Virus record (IMG/VR): IMGVR_UViG_3300023184_000025
Location: 124,001 to 188,000 of that record
Direction: 5' to 3' (one strand)
DNA: 64,000 bases
Shown one piece after another: positions 62,601 to 64,000 of the stretch. Numbering within the stretch: position 1 is the first letter of the stretch; each line of letters starts with the position of its first letter. Under the pieces are notes generated by a model. The model had not been told where the DNA came from. It saw only the letters and a program-made list of their open reading frames with translations, and made no database searches. Made by a program: the position numbers and the translations under genes.

Positions 62601-64000
62601 TAATTACTCGCCGCGTTAAGTGATAGGCCAGTTACTGACTGTCCAGATGCAAGAGCAATTCTCACATAGATTTCGTTTGTTGCTGTGCTTGAACTTGATA
62701 CTGTTCCAAACGTGCAAGTCTTGTTTGTGCTTGCGGTGTTTACGTTGGGAACAACCACGCCTCCAAGGGCACAGCCGTTTGATCCGTTACCTGGACTATT
62801 AACACCAGGGTAGCCAGCACCAGCATAAGCAGTGGTCATACTAATCCATCCGTTGGCACTAGAACTTGAATCAATAACCGATCCTGGTAGTGCTACCCAC
62901 ATACCAGCAACATTACCAGCATAGGTAATATCAAATTTTGATACGTTGGTACGCACAAATTTAATTGTAAAGTATTGTGTGCCTGTGCGTCCAGCACTTA
63001 GATTAGGACCTGCAGGCAGGTATCCTGTTGAATAATTGGTTTGATCGTGCTTGAGAACACCGGCTGATCCTGATCCAACTACCGTGGCATCATATGTTTG
63101 TAAAGTACTTGATTGGCTGTTAAATGCTGCCTCACTGCCGGTGTATGTTGGATTATTCACTGATCCAGGATTGATAATTCTATATGCATTACCTGATCCG
63201 GTGCCAACACTGGTAACAATGACATTTCCTTCGTCAATGGCAGTGGCAGAGCCTGACTTGTACAGAACTATATTGCCCAGCGCCGAAGTCAAAGTCAGTG
63301 TGCCCGAGCTGTAGCTGTTGTTAACTGTAATACTTGGGCCAGTTGAACTGGCACCAAACCCAGTGGTCACTGTGGCAGTGGTTGAGAATGAAGCTGATGC
63401 AAATGAGTTTAGAACATTGCTGCCAATGTTGCTGGCATTGTAGTTGACTGATGCAGGTGCCGCAAAAGCGCCGCCTGATGATCCTGTGGCCAACACATTT
63501 GATGTTGGATAAGTGTTGCCACTGACATTGGCCACATTTGCAGAAATTGCAAATTGATTTGCATTGGTAAAGTGAGGAATAGTACTACTGTACAACAAAG
63601 TAGTTGACCCCGGAGGAGTCATTGTGGCTACACTAAAACTTGGGGTTGCAGGACTTGAGTTGTCATAGTACCAGCTGGGGGTGTTTGTGTTTCCTGTAGC
63701 AGAGTCTGCTATGTATATTTCGTTCCAGCCTGCTGGAGCAACTGTGCCTGAAATTGCTGACGAGAACACATACCAAAATCCAGCCGCAATGTTGGCATTG
63801 GCAGAATTATAATCAAAGTTGTTGGTAATAACCAAGTTGCCGCCGTAGGTGCCGTTGGCAGTTGGGCTGGCTCCTGCGTTCAGTGTCACTGTGCCCACAT
63901 TTGCACCGTTACGAACAGCAGTGATTATGCCAGTGTCGCCTGGCCCAACTGTGCTGATAGTGTTGGTAGCATATGTGGCAGCTCTACGCACTGATGTCAC
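62600..64000 (-). CDS. Ser/Thr/Gly/Asn-rich virion structural protein, C-terminal part (start beyond the window)
   Basis: Frame open from the window edge to the stop at 62600 (TAATG coupling). Confidence 0.8.
   Translation of the reverse strand: MTSVRRAATYATNTISTVGPGDTGIITAVRNGANVGTVTLNAGASPTANGTYGGNLVITNNFDYNSANANIAAGFWYVFSSAISGTVAPAGWNEIYIADSATGNTNTPSWYYDNSSPATPSFSVATMTPPGSTTLLYSSTIPHFTNANQFAISANVANVSGNTYPTSNVLATGSSGGAFAAPASVNYNASNIGSNVLNSFASASFSTTATVTTGFGASSTGPSITVNNSYSSGTLTLTSALGNIVLYKSGSATAIDEGNVIVTSVGTGSGNAYRIINPGSVNNPTYTGSEAAFNSQSSTLQTYDATVVGSGSAGVLKHDQTNYSTGYLPAGPNLSAGRTGTQYFTIKFVRTNVSKFDITYAGNVAGMWVALPGSVIDSSSSANGWISMTTAYAGAGYPGVNSPGNGSNGCALGGVVVPNVNTASTNKTCTFGTVSSSSTATNEIYVRIALASGQSVTGLSLNAASN

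Noticed and set aside
1-64000. Stop-codon reassignment as seen in some large phages
   Set aside because: Core genes (gp17, gp18, gp32, uvsW, uvsX) are full length under code 11 and genes pack tightly.

Overview
This window is a 64-kb segment of a large T4-like myovirus genome in the standard genetic code, mostly coded on the minus strand. From left to right: (i) a replication/recombination accessory block with a 198-aa miniature DnaE-like (C-family) polymerase, a Zn-finger protein, a gp62-like clamp-loader subunit, a degenerate Hint-like protein, UvsW and an AAA+ ATPase; (ii) a ~16-kb glycan synthesis/modification cluster (GT8-, GT17-, GT-A-, KpsS-like and GT10-like transferases, Gmd, five SAM methyltransferases, a nucleotidyltransferase-cupin fusion, a formyltransferase) with uvsY/uvsX inside it; (iii) gp32; (iv) a head/packaging block with gp17, probable gp16, gp4, a signal-peptide nuclease and putative capsid-internal proteins carrying T4-type targeting peptides and repeated protease sites; (v) tail tube, an enlarged sheath, neck gp13/gp14, gp15, dNMP kinase, SGNH proteins and a B12 radical-SAM enzyme; (vi) Gly/Asn/Thr-rich fibre genes followed by a Maf/DUF115-like gene. 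Sigma70-type early promoters and T4-type late promoters (TAAATA core) are readable, and many late promoters sit only 4-7 nt before the ATG, implying leaderless mRNAs. I saw no tRNA, rRNA, CRISPR array, reverse transcriptase or transposase. All family assignments come from motif recognition by eye, not database searches.
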